Shown piece by piece: positions 25,089-36,749 of a stretch of DNA of 64,000 bases. Below the pieces are notes generated by a model that made no database searches, had not been told where the DNA came from, and was given only the letters and a program-made list of their open reading frames with translations. Made by a program: the position numbers and the translations under genes. Each line of letters starts with the position of its first letter. The first letter of the stretch is position 1. Origin of the DNA: Octopus vulgaris (taxonomy: Eukaryota); the NCBI GenBank assembly GCA_951406725.2, contig OX597814.1:169570001-169634000 (forward strand). The letters run 5' to 3'.

Positions 25089-25350
25089 CAGCAGTTCTCA
25101 ACTAGTTTTTACTTATGGACCCCTTTGATTCCAATTTTGCCCAGTTGGACCCTCATAGCCATTTGATGTTTTAAAAATCATATTATAGGCGCAGGTGTGG
25201 CTGTGTGGTAAGTAGCTTGCTTACCAACCACATGGTTCCGGGTTCAGTCCTACTGCGTGGCAACTTGGGCAAGTGTCTTCTACTATAGCTTCAGGCTGAC
25301 CAAAGCCTTGTGAGTGGATTTGGTTGATGGAAACTGAAAGAAGCCCGTCG

Positions 25351-25407
<57 letters not shown>

Positions 25408-25772
25408 TTGTGTGTCTGTGTTTTTCCTCCCAACATTGCTTGACAACTGATGCTGGTGTGTTTACGTCCCTGTAACTTAGCAGTTCAGCAAAAAAGACTG
25501 ATAGAATAAGTACTAGGCTTACAAAGAATAAGTCCAGGCTCGACTAAGGGTGGTGTTCGACTAAAGGTGGGTGCTCCAGCATGACTGCAGTCAAATGACT
25601 GAAACAAGTAAAAGAGCATATTTTATAATTAAATATTATTAGGAACTGTATAAAAAAATGTTAAAATATTATGTATAATGTAGAAGTATAACTAGTTTAT
25701 TGCTCATAACTTTAGCAAAAAAATCTTATGTCGACCTCTAAGGATCATATGGACCCTAGTTGAGAACAGCTG
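25089..25772. mobile_element. hAT (Charlie-like) MITE interrupted by a SINE A
   Basis: 17-bp TIRs CAGCAGTTCTCAACTAG / CTAGTTGAGAACAGCTG. The flanking 8-mers both have a central TA but otherwise differ. Confidence 0.7.
25188..25617 (+). mobile_element. SINE family A, full length
   Basis: GGCGCAGGTGTGGCTGTGTGGTAAGTAGCTTGC head to GAAACAAGTAAAAGAG tail. Short CATATT duplication at the flanks. Confidence 0.92.
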
Positions 25773-26129
25773 ACGTAACCAATATTTTTGATATTTTTTA
25801 AAATACTTTTATTTTTGGACAAGATAATGTTTTAATTTTCTTTTATGCAAACAGTCACATTTAACCTGAGGATTCTTCTGTATCTTGTGTATCTTTTCTT
25901 TTATAACTTATGTACAGGGGTAAATGTATAGCCTGAGATATGTCCAACAATACCAGCCTGTGTTTTGACTGCATCTTCAGTTTTAAAGTTACAGCTGTCA
26001 CTGCCATAATTTTTGCCCTTTTGCACTTGAGATAATTTCTCACAATATGTCCTTGTGAGATTGTTCTTACTACTTGATGTGAGAGAAAGTATTATTCACT
26101 TGCACTTTTTTCATAAGCAAAGATATATA

Positions 26130-26375
26130 TTACGTTTTTGGATTTGGTTTGCAAGATTCTTTATATGAGTTCATGTGTTAAAGCATATTCTGTTGTGTCT
26201 GGGGAGAGTCATTTTCTTTTTATGCCTTATAAGGTAACACACTCACCGGTAAAACTGAAAAGGTTGCAAAACGCAATGAAAATTTTAGGAAGATAAAAAT
26301 AAGAAAAATGTGGAAATTTTACCGGTGAGTGTGTTACCTTATAAGGCACAAAAAGAAAATGACTCTCCCCAGACA
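26130..26375. mobile_element. Fold-back insertion with 59-bp near-perfect inverted arms
   Basis: Arms 26196-26254 and 26317-26375 (TGTCTGGGGAGAGTCATTTTC...CACCGGTAAAA). Flanked by direct CAAAGATATATA at 26118 and 26374. Confidence 0.75.
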
Positions 26376-27261
26376 AAGATATATAATTTTTCTCTTTGCG
26401 CTCTCTTGAATTATCTCCTTAATGTAAATTTTGGATTTCACAAAATTCTCCCAACTACATTTTTTTAAATGTAATTGTAAAAGACCACAAAATTCTGTTT
26501 GTTTAGCACTGAGGAAAGATTTGTTTTCACAATGCTGCTATATGAACTTATCATGTTATTTGGAATCATGTAAAAATCATCATTGTTGATGTTGTTGCCG
26601 TTGCTGTCTTCCAAATGACTTATTTGAGAATTCCCAACATTACTTACTGCTAATTGTTCACTCTGCTGCTCATTTTTTCTCTTCCCCTTGTACATACGGT
26701 TGAGTGTTTTGATTTTGCGTTGCTTTTAGTTTTTATAGCACTCAATCATGTGGCATAATCATTCTCGGTGGCCATTTACATAAACGTTCATTGAATCCTG
26801 GTACAACATGGATTACAATGGTGGTTGGATGATCTCATTTTAAAACACTGACTGCACAAAATAATTCTTCAAGGAACTGCACAGAGTTTACTCAATCACA
26901 TCACCAAAAATAACAATTATACTAAAGCTATGCACTGATTTCTTGCAATCATAATTAGAATAGGATTGATAATGAGAAACAAGATGGTTCGATGTTCATG
27001 CCTTTCTTGAGAACATTAGGGATGTAAGTGTAAAAAATATGGCTACAGCAGGACATTGGAACCATGCTATAGAAAACTGGTCTCTTTTCTGAGGCAGTAC
27101 TTTCTTTTTATGTAATATATTTGTTTCTAATATAACCACAAGGCCTTAATTTTTAGGAGAGAATTTAGGAGAGAGTTTAAATTAGCTCAGATTCTAACTG
27201 GAACTTATTTTATCATGTGATAAACTATGTTCCAGTCATTGTAGATCCTGTACAGGCATAG

Positions 27262-27448
27262 CTAGGCACAGCTGTGGCTGTGTGGTTAAGAAGTTTGCTT
27301 CTCAATCACATGGTTTGGGGTTCAATCCCACTGCATAGCACCTTGGACAAAGTCTTGGGAATGGATCGGGTAGATGGAAACTGAAAGAAGTTTAGAAGCC
27401 TGGCGTGTGTGTGTGTGTGTGTGTGAATGTGTGTGTGTGTGTGTGTGA

Positions 27449-27491
<43 letters not shown>

Positions 27492-28056
27492 TATGTGCAT
27501 GTATGAATGTGTGTATGTCTGTGTCTGTTTGTCTTGATATCACATGATTGTTGTAAATGAATGTCATCCAGTTCCAATTTATTTTTTTATTTATGCACCC
27601 TTTTCAAGCCTAGCCGGGCTCATGGGCCCAGTTTCCCAGTTTCTGTGGCGCATGTATTCCCCCCAGCTGGACGGGACACCAGTCCATCACAGCATAACTC
27701 AAGAAACAGGAAGAGAGAATGAAAGAAAGTTGGGGTGAAACAGTACAGCAGGGATCACCACCACCCTCTGCCAGAGCCTTGGGGAGCTTTTAGGTGTTTT
27801 TGCTCAATAAACACACACAACGCCCGGTCTGGGAATCGAAACTACGATCCTCCGACCACGAGTTTGCTGCCTTTACCACTGGGGCATTGCGCCTCAACAC
27901 CCAGTTCCAATATTCTGCATAAATGTCTGGCAATGGGAAAATGTTACCTTACTTAGAAACAGGTGAGTGTTGGTGACAGGGAGGGTATCCAGCTATAGAA
28001 AATCTGCTTCACTAAACTCTCTATGATCCAGGCAAACATGAAAAAAGTGGACGCTC
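27262..28056 (+). mobile_element. SINE with family-A head and RTE-type 3' tail, interrupted by another SINE
   Basis: Head TGTGGCTGTGTGGTTAAGAAGTTTGC..GGAAACTGAAAGAAG, then (TG)n, then tail GTTGGTGACAGGGAGGGTATCCAGCTATAGAAA..CATGAAAAAAGTGGACG. Confidence 0.65.
27579..27900 (-). mobile_element. tRNA-derived SINE (family C-related) with 11-bp TSD
   Basis: TSD CCAGTTCCAAT at 27568-27578 and 27901-27911. Minus-strand head GGCGCAATGCCCCAGTGGTAAAGG..GTTTCGATTCCC. A-rich tail. Confidence 0.85.
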
Positions 28057-28730
28057 TAAAAAATACAGAAAGTAGTTGTATACTCTGTCCCAATAATGGG
28101 CAGTAGCTGCTGCAGAGAATTTATGAGAAGTAATGGTAAAATCAGATGCTAGGATGCCAGACCTAATATGATTGCTGTAAGTGTAGATGTGCTGCCAAAC
28201 AGCAGATCTCTAACTCATCCCCAAGTGGTCAAAGAAAAATCTGGACTTTGAAGTGCTGTCATTGTATATAACATGAATCTGAGCAAATGAGGAGGCCACT
28301 ACATGGTCACCAAACCTACTAGAAACAGTATTCAAGTATCCCCCAAATAATACCCTAATATCTTAGAAAAGGATTCACTGGATAATATAATTATGGATTT
28401 CATGCCTGTTGGAAAAAGATTGGTGGGTCATGGGTGGAATGTCTTTGAACATAGTTCTGCCCAATTAGGGATAAGCTAGGGATTAAACAATAAGGACCTT
28501 GTTGGGTCATAAAGCAATGAGAGCAATAGTTATAATGCTCAGAACCATAGCTCCCATAATTCTCCCTTCTCTTCTTTAAATGCCGGTTGTATATCCAGGT
28601 AAGATTTTGATTTGCAGAAGTAATGTCAAACATTGTGAATTGGTGAAGTTGTTAAAGCATTAGATAGAATTCCTTTAGTATTTACATTATTTACATTTGA
28701 CAGATATTTGTCCTCATCTTGTTTGTTGTT

Positions 28731-28776
28731 AACACAATGTTTCGACTGATATACTTTCCAGCCTTCATCAGGTGTC
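28731..28776 (-). ncRNA. Minimal type I hammerhead ribozyme motif (family a)
   Basis: GACAC-CUGAUGA-A-GGCUG-loop-CAGUC-GAAA-CAUU-GUGUU. Stem I GACAC/GUGUU. The inferred consensus stem III is ACGU. Confidence 0.65.
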
Positions 28777-28823
28777 TTGGGGAAATTTCGAACCTGGGTT
28801 CTCATTCCTAAGGTATTTTTCGA

Positions 28824-28870
<47 letters not shown>

Positions 28871-28943
28871 TCACTGCCTGGAATCGAACTCAGAATCTTA
28901 GGGTTAGTAGCCCACGCTCTTAACCACTAAGCCATATGCTTGT

Positions 28944-28989
28944 GACACCTGATGAAGGCTGGAGGGTATATCAGCTGAAACGGGGTGTT
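28944..28989 (+). ncRNA. Minimal type I hammerhead ribozyme motif (family a), cleavage triplet mutated
   Basis: GACAC-CUGAUGA-A-GGCUG-GAGGGUAUAU-CAGCU-GAAA-CGGG-GUGUU. Confidence 0.6.
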
Positions 28990-29262
28990 AACAACAAACA
29001 AGAGGAGGACAAATATCCATCAAATGTAAATAATGTACGTAATTCCTTATCTTTTAAATATAGAACTCCTTTGGTATTTGTTTTATTGTTTGTAATCTGA
29101 GTTCAAATCCGACTGAGATCAACTATGCCTTTCATCCTTCCAAGTTTGATAAAATAAGTACCAACCCAGGGTGGTAGATGGGTGGAACTGTTAAAGAATC
29201 AGACAAGATACCTTGTGGTATTTATTCAGACTCTTGCATTTGGACAGCAATACCTGAAATAA

Positions 29263-29494
29263 GGCGGCAAGCTGGCAGACACGTTAGCGCGCCGGGCGAA
29301 ATGCTTAGCGGTATTTCGTCTGTCGTTACGTTCTGAGTTCAAATTCCGCCGAGGTCAACTTTGCCTTTCATCCTTTCGGGGTCGATAAATAAAGTACCAG
29401 TTTCACACTGGGGTCGATATAATCGACTCAATCCCTTCGTCTGTCCTTGTTTGTCCCCTCTGTGTTTAGCCCCTTGTGGGCAGTAAAGAAATAA
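29263..29494 (+). mobile_element. SINE family B, young full-length copy
   Basis: 14-bp TSD AATACCTGAAATAA (29249-29262 / 29495-29508). CpGs retained, Meta-like core, tail GCCCCTTGTGGGCAGTAAAGAAATAA. Confidence 0.95.
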
Positions 29495-30719
29495 AATACC
29501 TGAAATAATTCTAGCCCCAAACTATATCGACCCTAACTTAGTGACCTTTCCCTTGGATGAACATCAGTGGTGTAAAAAGGGGACAACTGCATGCATGTCA
29601 AACTGCCAGTCTTTCTCAAAAACATTTCTTTGCTAGGCCTTCACAAACACATGCAGATAAATGATCAATCATGACCAATGAAGACCCTCCAAATAGTGTT
29701 TACAAAGGCCCATTTAACGGAATGGTTCATTACTTATATAAAGGACACACAGTGACATCTATAAATTATTGTTCAAATATCTTCAGTCTTAAATACAATC
29801 CAAATTAATGTCTAATGGAAGAACATGTTAAGATATTGATTTCTTGCGACTGAAGGGAACTCTAAAGATCTGTTGTGAAAGAAGACATTTCTGGATTTAT
29901 GCTGAAATTGTAGACTTCACTATTATTAATTATAGAGATTAGTTTTCTGGCAGCTATAAAAAGGAAAGCTTAGATTTTTCTAGAACTGTATTGTAACTTT
30001 ATAAGATAATAACCAATACTTTAGAGATAGCAGATATCTGTTTTTAGTAATAATTAATTGAAAAAATATGTGTAATAGAGTAGGTCGATCTTTTATAGTA
30101 AGAAGGAAAATAAAATCAGATGGTATGCTTTATTAGAAAATACCATCATGCAGATTTCATAGATTTCTAATGGTTGTAAAGAGAAATAACTGCTTTTATA
30201 GAACGTTTGCATTTGTACTTATCTCTGGTAGTTTAGTTATAAAAATAGCCGAGTCTAAAGTCTAATGTCAATCTGAGTTGGCTGTGTTCTGCACTTGGAA
30301 GATTTCTTTCAGTAACTCAAATCTGGACGAGGTTTTCTTATGTGAAGATCACTGATTGTTCGTGCAGCAAGTCTCCTTTCATCATGCAAAGTATGACGGA
30401 AGTTTGAAGTAAAAGCAAGGACTGATTCAGTGTGACACTGAATAGTATGGCTGGGAGAGAAAAGTCTGCTCCGGATAATGCATTCTATGGCTTGGGAAGC
30501 ACTTTTGTATCTGTAATAAAAGTCAGTAATGGTTTATGCTCTGGAAGTTAGGGAGCAAACTCAAAGGATTCCTCGAGTGGTGCACACTCTGGCTATGCCA
30601 CTGTTGACACCTGTTTTGTCACAGACAAAGAAGCTGAAAGGCATTTTGAAAATATAGATTACTGAAACTCGTTTCTCCAACACCTTAACAATTCCACCAA
30701 CCCGTTGACCTGGAATGGT

Positions 30720-30944
30720 ACTCTTTTACTCTTTTACTTGTTTCAATCATTTGACTGTGGCCATGCTGGAGCACTGTCTTTTAGTCAAGCAAATCAACCT
30801 CAGGATTTATTCTTTAGAAGCTTAGTACTTATTCTATCAGTCTCATTTGCTGAACTGCTAAGTTACGGGGACGTAAACACACCAGCATTGGTTGTCAAGC
30901 GATGTTGGGGGGACAAACACAGACACACAAACATACACACAAAC

Positions 30945-30984
<40 letters not shown>

Positions 30985-31042
30985 ATATATACGACGGGCT
31001 TCTTTCAGTTTCTGTCTACCAAATCCACTCACAAGGCTTTGG
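30720..31042 (-). mobile_element. SINE family A, 5'-truncated
   Basis: Tail-to-core homology with other A copies. Confidence 0.9.
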
Positions 31043-31749
31043 AACTCAGAATATAAGGAGCTGGAACAAATATTACAAGTCACGTGGTTGAATGATATTG
31101 CTAAAACACTGAGATGTATGGTGGATTAAAAAAATATTTGTTCATAGATTAAAAACAGTATACCTTGATATATTGTAAGCAGATATTCAGACATGGATCA
31201 ATATCAATGCATAACAAGTTCAAGTATCTACTATGACATTTGTGTGTGTGTGGTACATATGTCTTGTACATGAATGAAACTACTTTATGTATATGTGAGT
31301 ATGTATGTGTGTGTCTGTATCTGTCACGTATGTCCAATACATTAATGAATGTATTTTATGTATGTATATATGAATGTGTATGTATGTGTGTATATTTTTT
31401 ATTATATACTTTTTGACCAGCTAATGACTACCTACATGTGGCATTTTTGTTTTATATTCTACATTTGTTTCATTCACCAGAAGAACTCAGTAACATAAAT
31501 AGTAATACTTGCAAGCTAAATACAATGCAATCTATTTATCAACCAACTTATTTCGCTGTGAAAATTATTTTCTATGCCATTTTAGACTCTCAATATTTTC
31601 TGTGCCTTTCTAGACTTTAGTCTAAAAAGGCATGGAAAATATTGAGAGGTGGAGGTCAAATAGATTGTATGATAAAAGATTTTTAATCAAGATGCAGAAA
31701 ATAATATATAGAAAATAATATATAGAAAATAATATATGAAAATAATATA

Positions 31750-31921
31750 GGCGCAGGAGTGGCTGTGTGGTAAGTAGCTGGCTTACCAATGACGTGGTTC
31801 TGGGTTCCGTCCCACTGTGTGGAATTTAGGGCAAGTGTCTTCTTCTATAGCCTCGGAAAGACCAAAGCCTTGTGAGTGGATTTGGTAGACAGAAACTGAA
31901 AGAAGCCTGTCGTATATGTGC

Positions 31922-31975
<54 letters not shown>

Positions 31976-32268
31976 GTATGTATGTATGCATGTATATATA
32001 TATATATATACATATATATGTATGTATGTATGTATATATATATATATATGTATGTGTGCGTGTGTTTGTGTATCTGTGTTTGTCCCCCAACATCACTTGA
32101 CAACCGATGCGGGTGTGTTTACGTCCCCGTTCGGCAAATGAGACTGATAGAATAAGTACTAGGCTTACAAAGAATAAGCCCTGGAGTCGATTTCTTCGAC
32201 TAAAGGCAGTGCTTCAGCATGACCACAGTCAAATGACTGAAACAAGTAGAAGAGTAAAAGAGTAGAGT
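31750..32268 (+). mobile_element. SINE family A, full length with expanded internal (TA)n
   Basis: Head GGCGCAGGAGTGGCTGTGTGG, tail GAAACAAGTAGAAGAGTAAAAGAG. Confidence 0.92.
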
Positions 32269-32693
32269 ATGCTACCTAAATGTTGCTAGTTAGATAGCTC
32301 AGAATATAGAGAGCAAAGGCTTTCAGAAAACAGAAATTATAAAACAGATCATTGGCAACATAAGGAATCAGAACAGAGACACAAAGGACATGAAGAAAAT
32401 AGAATGCATAAGCAAACCATTGTCAACAAGGATCTGAATCATAGTGGCAAACAGTACCTTTTAGTAGGCCAAGTAAAGTATGCCCACCAAAGAATAGCAT
32501 CATTTACCTCTAAACAATGTGATAAAAATGTTTCCAACTATGATCCGTCTTATGATTTTGACTGATAGATTATCTCCATTGATTTTTTGAGGGAAAATTG
32601 TTCCTTGAATGTGTAGCAATTAGTGGAGAAAGGAGACAGCTGAAGTTTGCTGCTTAGGTAGTTAAGTCTATCTGAGAACCCTGCTAGAATCTC

Positions 32694-33092
32694 CGTGTGG
32701 TAAGTAGCTTGTTTACCAACCACATGGTTCTTGGTTCAGTCCCACTGTGTGGCACCTTGGGCAAGTGTCTTCTACTATAGCCTCGGGTCGACCAAAGCCT
32801 TGTGAGTGGATTTGGTAGATGGAAACTGAAAGAAGCTCATCGTATATATGTATATATATATGTGTGTGTGTATATGTTTGTGTGTCTGTGTTTGTCCCCC
32901 CCCCCCAACATCGCTTGACAACTGATGCTGGTGTGTTTACGTCACCGTAACTTAGCGGTTCGGCAAAATAGACCAATAGAATAAGTATTAGGATTACAAA
33001 GAATAAGTCCTGGGGTCGATTTGCTCGACTAAAGGCGGTGCTCCAGCATGGCCACAGTCAAATGACTGAAAAGAGTAAAAGAGTAAAGAGAG
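32694..33092 (+). mobile_element. SINE family A, near full length
   Basis: GGCACCTTGGGCAAGTGTCTTCTACTATAGCC core and standard tail. Confidence 0.92.
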
Positions 33093-33541
33093 AGCTTTTG
33101 TGAATGCTGCTAATAGTTACAACTCTTGAAGCCAATCATCTGCATAAAAAGCATTCAGGTTTATAACTGAGTGTTACAAACAAGAGCTGCAATCAGTCAT
33201 GAGAGAACTTCATACCAAATTTCAAAAATCACAGGACAATTCACTCTATTTCTTCCAAATTGGATCTTTGTCCCACAGAATTAGTTTTTTACTTCCTCTT
33301 CCTTATGAAGAGTACCAATTTCTGAAACTATACTTCGTCAATAGTTTGAATAAATAAGCTTTATAAAAGACATGGAAAACAATTTGGTTTCAGATTTCAA
33401 TTTTTTTAATTCAAAATCTCTAAGATAAGATGTACAGAAATAGCTATGTAAAAATTTTGAAATTTTCCCATAAAACAACTCAAAATGACAACCAATGCTG
33501 GCAAATAGCCTGGTGTAGAGCATCAATGTGTGTGCATGTGT

Positions 33542-33581
<40 letters not shown>

Positions 33582-34479
33582 GTGTGTGTGTGCATGCATG
33601 TGTGCATGCATACATGTGTGCATGTGTGCGTGTGTGCATGCGTGCGTGTGTGCATGCGTGCATGTGTGGAAAGAGAGAGAGGGAGAAAATGGCTCCTTTT
33701 GAGATAGTGTTTAGTCTTAGGTTAGCCCTAATCCAACAAACCTATAGTCAAAGATACATGCATTTGATAAAAGGGTTTGCTTTGCAAACACTGGCTCCCA
33801 GGTTCAATCCCATAATGGTGTATTTACAAAAGATGTCAGCATAAAGGCAGGAGTTTGAAAGTAAACATAAATTGGGGCTTTTGAATAAGAAGCCTCTGTG
33901 ATATTCGTTCTGCCTAAGATGCAGAACAAAAATCACAGTTGTTGGGCAGTTACTCTGATTCTTACAAATTCAGTTATTCACTCAATGGAAACTTATAATG
34001 AACTATGTTATTCTTTACAAAATGTGATATAAAATATATAAAATAAAACATTCTAAATGTAACCTTTCCACCCTTTCAGTGGTTCATAAGACTACATTAT
34101 CTACTGTACCCTACATTTAAGATGATAAAATGTGATTTAAGTAGTTTTGGCTACTATCTCTAGTAAAAAGAATGACCAAAAAGAGGCTCAGTCAAACAAA
34201 AATAATCTTGTGTTGTTATATTTTATTGGGCAGCTTAAAAAGAATTTATATTCCTCAACATATCAGATAAAGCATAAGTTCAAAGTAGCTGTATAGTTCT
34301 AAACAATCCTATATTTATGGAACTGAATTTATTTCTGCATAAGTCTACAATGTACAGACCCATTAACTCACAGATCTCATATCCATTGTAGCTTCCACTG
34401 CTGACACTCAGATGGAGGTTGCCAAAGAACAGTAGAGATTTCTTAACAGACATTATTATACCAGTGTTGTTAATATTTA

Positions 34480-35380
34480 TAGAGGCCTTATCAAATGTTA
34501 AGAACTTTTAGAAAGGCAGTTTTATACGGTAATGGTTGTATGTGGAAGATACACAGGAGTCATAAAAACTACAGATACTCAGGAAATCAATTCTTTCAAA
34601 TGCCTCAGAGGCTCTTTAGAGGCAGCGGACAATTTCTGCTATCAAAGGGAAAATTAACAGAGTGGAGGAGGATGCACAGAAAGTATAATTGCTAGAATGG
34701 GAATAGGATAGAGAAAATTCAGAGAGATTTTATTTCTGGCAACCAATGGTTTCTGTCTGAGAGAAAGGAAGATTGTATGATGCATGTATACAAACAACAA
34801 ATGCTACATGATAGTGAGACATGGGCTCTGAATACAGAAGACATGTGAAAGCTAGAGAGAAATGAAGCTAGTATGCTCTGCTGGATGTGCAATGTCAGTG
34901 TACATGTGCTACAGAGTACTAGTGCATTAAGGGAAAAGTTCTGCATAAGAGGAATTTTATGCATGGTGCAAGAGATAAAACTGCATTGGTTTGGTCAAGT
35001 AATGAGTATAGAAATAGACAGTTGCATACAGAAGTGCCAATCACTTAAAATGGATGAAACTTGTGGATGAGGGAAACCCAGGAAGGCATATCTCAAGACA
35101 CTGATCCTTATGAAGATTACCAAGGACTGAGATATCTGGTGCACCACTGTATTCAAGAAGACCTGTCCACCACAACAGAATTGATACTAGTGTTAGTGCC
35201 ACGTAAAAAGCATCCGGTATACTCTGTGGGAGTGGTTGGCATTAGGAAGAGCATCCAGCCGAAGAAAACAAACCAGAACAAACAATGAAGCCTGGTGAGG
35301 CTCCTGACATTACAAGTTCCAGTCAAACCGTCCAACCCATGACAGCGTGGAAAACAGACATTAAATGACGATGATGATGA
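34480..35380 (+). mobile_element. Old 5'-truncated RTE LINE (post-PHD ORF relic + 3'UTR)
   Basis: GGGCTESIIAR..LYDAC..SETWALNTEDM*KLERNEASMLCWMCN..LHWFGQV remnants, GGAAGAGCATCCAGC, (GAT)n. Confidence 0.9.
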
Positions 35381-35591
35381 ATTCCTCAATGTTAAGGTGG
35401 GAAATTTGCAGTGTCTCTTTTCCATTTATATTGTTATACAACTCGAATACGGTGGTTTTGCTGTTCCACTGAGATAGTTTTGTTATGTGTTTAATTGTTA
35501 AATTGACGGTGTCAAAGATGTGCTTACTCACTTTGCCCAAATTGGTTTTTGCAAGGTTTATTAGCCAACGTTTAGAGTTTGCTGGCGTCTG

Positions 35592-35644
<53 letters not shown>

Positions 35645-36487
35645 CTGGGTTCTACTATTGGTAAAATGAATATAATTTTTAATTTACCTTATAACACAAA
35701 TAAAGTGAGCATTCAACTGAAAAAAAATTTTCTGAAAACAAATCTATAAAAATTGGGTTTATTATAACATTACAGTGAGCATTCATTCAACCATCTTCTT
35801 TCTACACTTTATTTCAGCACACATACTACACACATTATTTTAAACTCAGAACAACATAATCTTTTCTGAGTCAATGGTTTTTATGAAGACATTTTATGAA
35901 GACATTTTTATGTAGAATCATTACGAAGGCCATAGTTCTTCTTATAAATACACATAGCTGCTGTTGCACTATCATCATTAATATAATACAATTGAACAAT
36001 CTTCAGCTTTGAAATGAAATTTTTATGAGCCCTTTAAAGAGACAAAGCTTATTCATGCCTCAGCACTAAAAAAGATGAACCATTTTCACGAAATACAAAA
36101 AGATGAAGAGTGTTTAAAAATTAAAATTTATTCAAACTGTTGTAAAAAATATTTAAATCTTGATGCACAAAGAAAAAAATATATATTCTGGAATAGATCA
36201 ATATTATTCCAATAGAGAAAAGGCTGGCTGATAGCTTTGTATAGTCACCTTATAAGAGTTGAATAAATAATGGTTTCTAATTTAGGAACAAAGCCAACAA
36301 TTTTCAGATCAGGTGGGTTAAAGCACTGACTCCAGTATAGGACTGGTACCATATTTCATCAACCTTAAGTAGAAAGGCAGGATTTGAATTCTCGGAATGT
36401 AAAGTGATGAAAAAATGTTTCACGGCATTTTTTTTTATGATGCTCTAAACAATTCTACCAATCTAATAAAATTCTATATGCTATATG

Positions 36488-36521
<34 letters not shown>

Positions 36522-36523
<2 letters not shown>

Positions 36524-36740
36524 TGGAGTAAACACATAAATGTGAAACAAAATGGAAAAAAGAGTACTCAAATACCAGTGGTAGAGTAATATGCTTTATT
36601 TAAAGCAGCAGAAAATTCAACAAAACCTGTTACTCTGAGTTTCCCATTGCCGTTCATCGGACAGTTTTTGCTAGATGAACGGCAACGGGAAACTCAGAGT
36701 AACAGGTTTTGTTGAATTTTCTGCTGCTTTAAATAAAGTA
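36522..36740 (-). mobile_element. Hammerhead-bearing element, family d, with inverted arm, in (TA)n
   Basis: About 65-bp near-perfect inverted arms 36594-36658 / 36674-36738. Homologous to 8715-8865. Confidence 0.8.
36622..36668 (-). ncRNA. Type I hammerhead-like motif (family d, CCGAUGA core)
   Basis: AAAACUGU-CCGAUGA-ACG-GCAA-UGG-GAAA-CUCAGAG-UA-ACAGGUUUU. Stem I CUGU/ACAG, GNRA-capped stem II, GUA site. Confidence 0.6.
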
Positions 36741-36749
36741 TATATATAT

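Larger units (their letters stand above)
28684..29066 (-). mobile_element. tRNA-headed, hammerhead-tailed element (family a) with inverted second arm
   Basis: Minus strand: A box TGGCTTAGTGG, B box GAGTTCGATTCC, (AAT)n, hammerhead 28731-28776. The inverted arm 28944-29066 carries a second hammerhead. 13-bp TSD-like TCCTTT(A/G)GTATTT at 28671 and 29067. Confidence 0.8.

Noticed and set aside
28868-28940. Bona fide tRNA gene
   Set aside because: A/B boxes and an anticodon-like arm are present, but the acceptor stem is poor and it is always attached to the same repeat body, so it is a SINE head.
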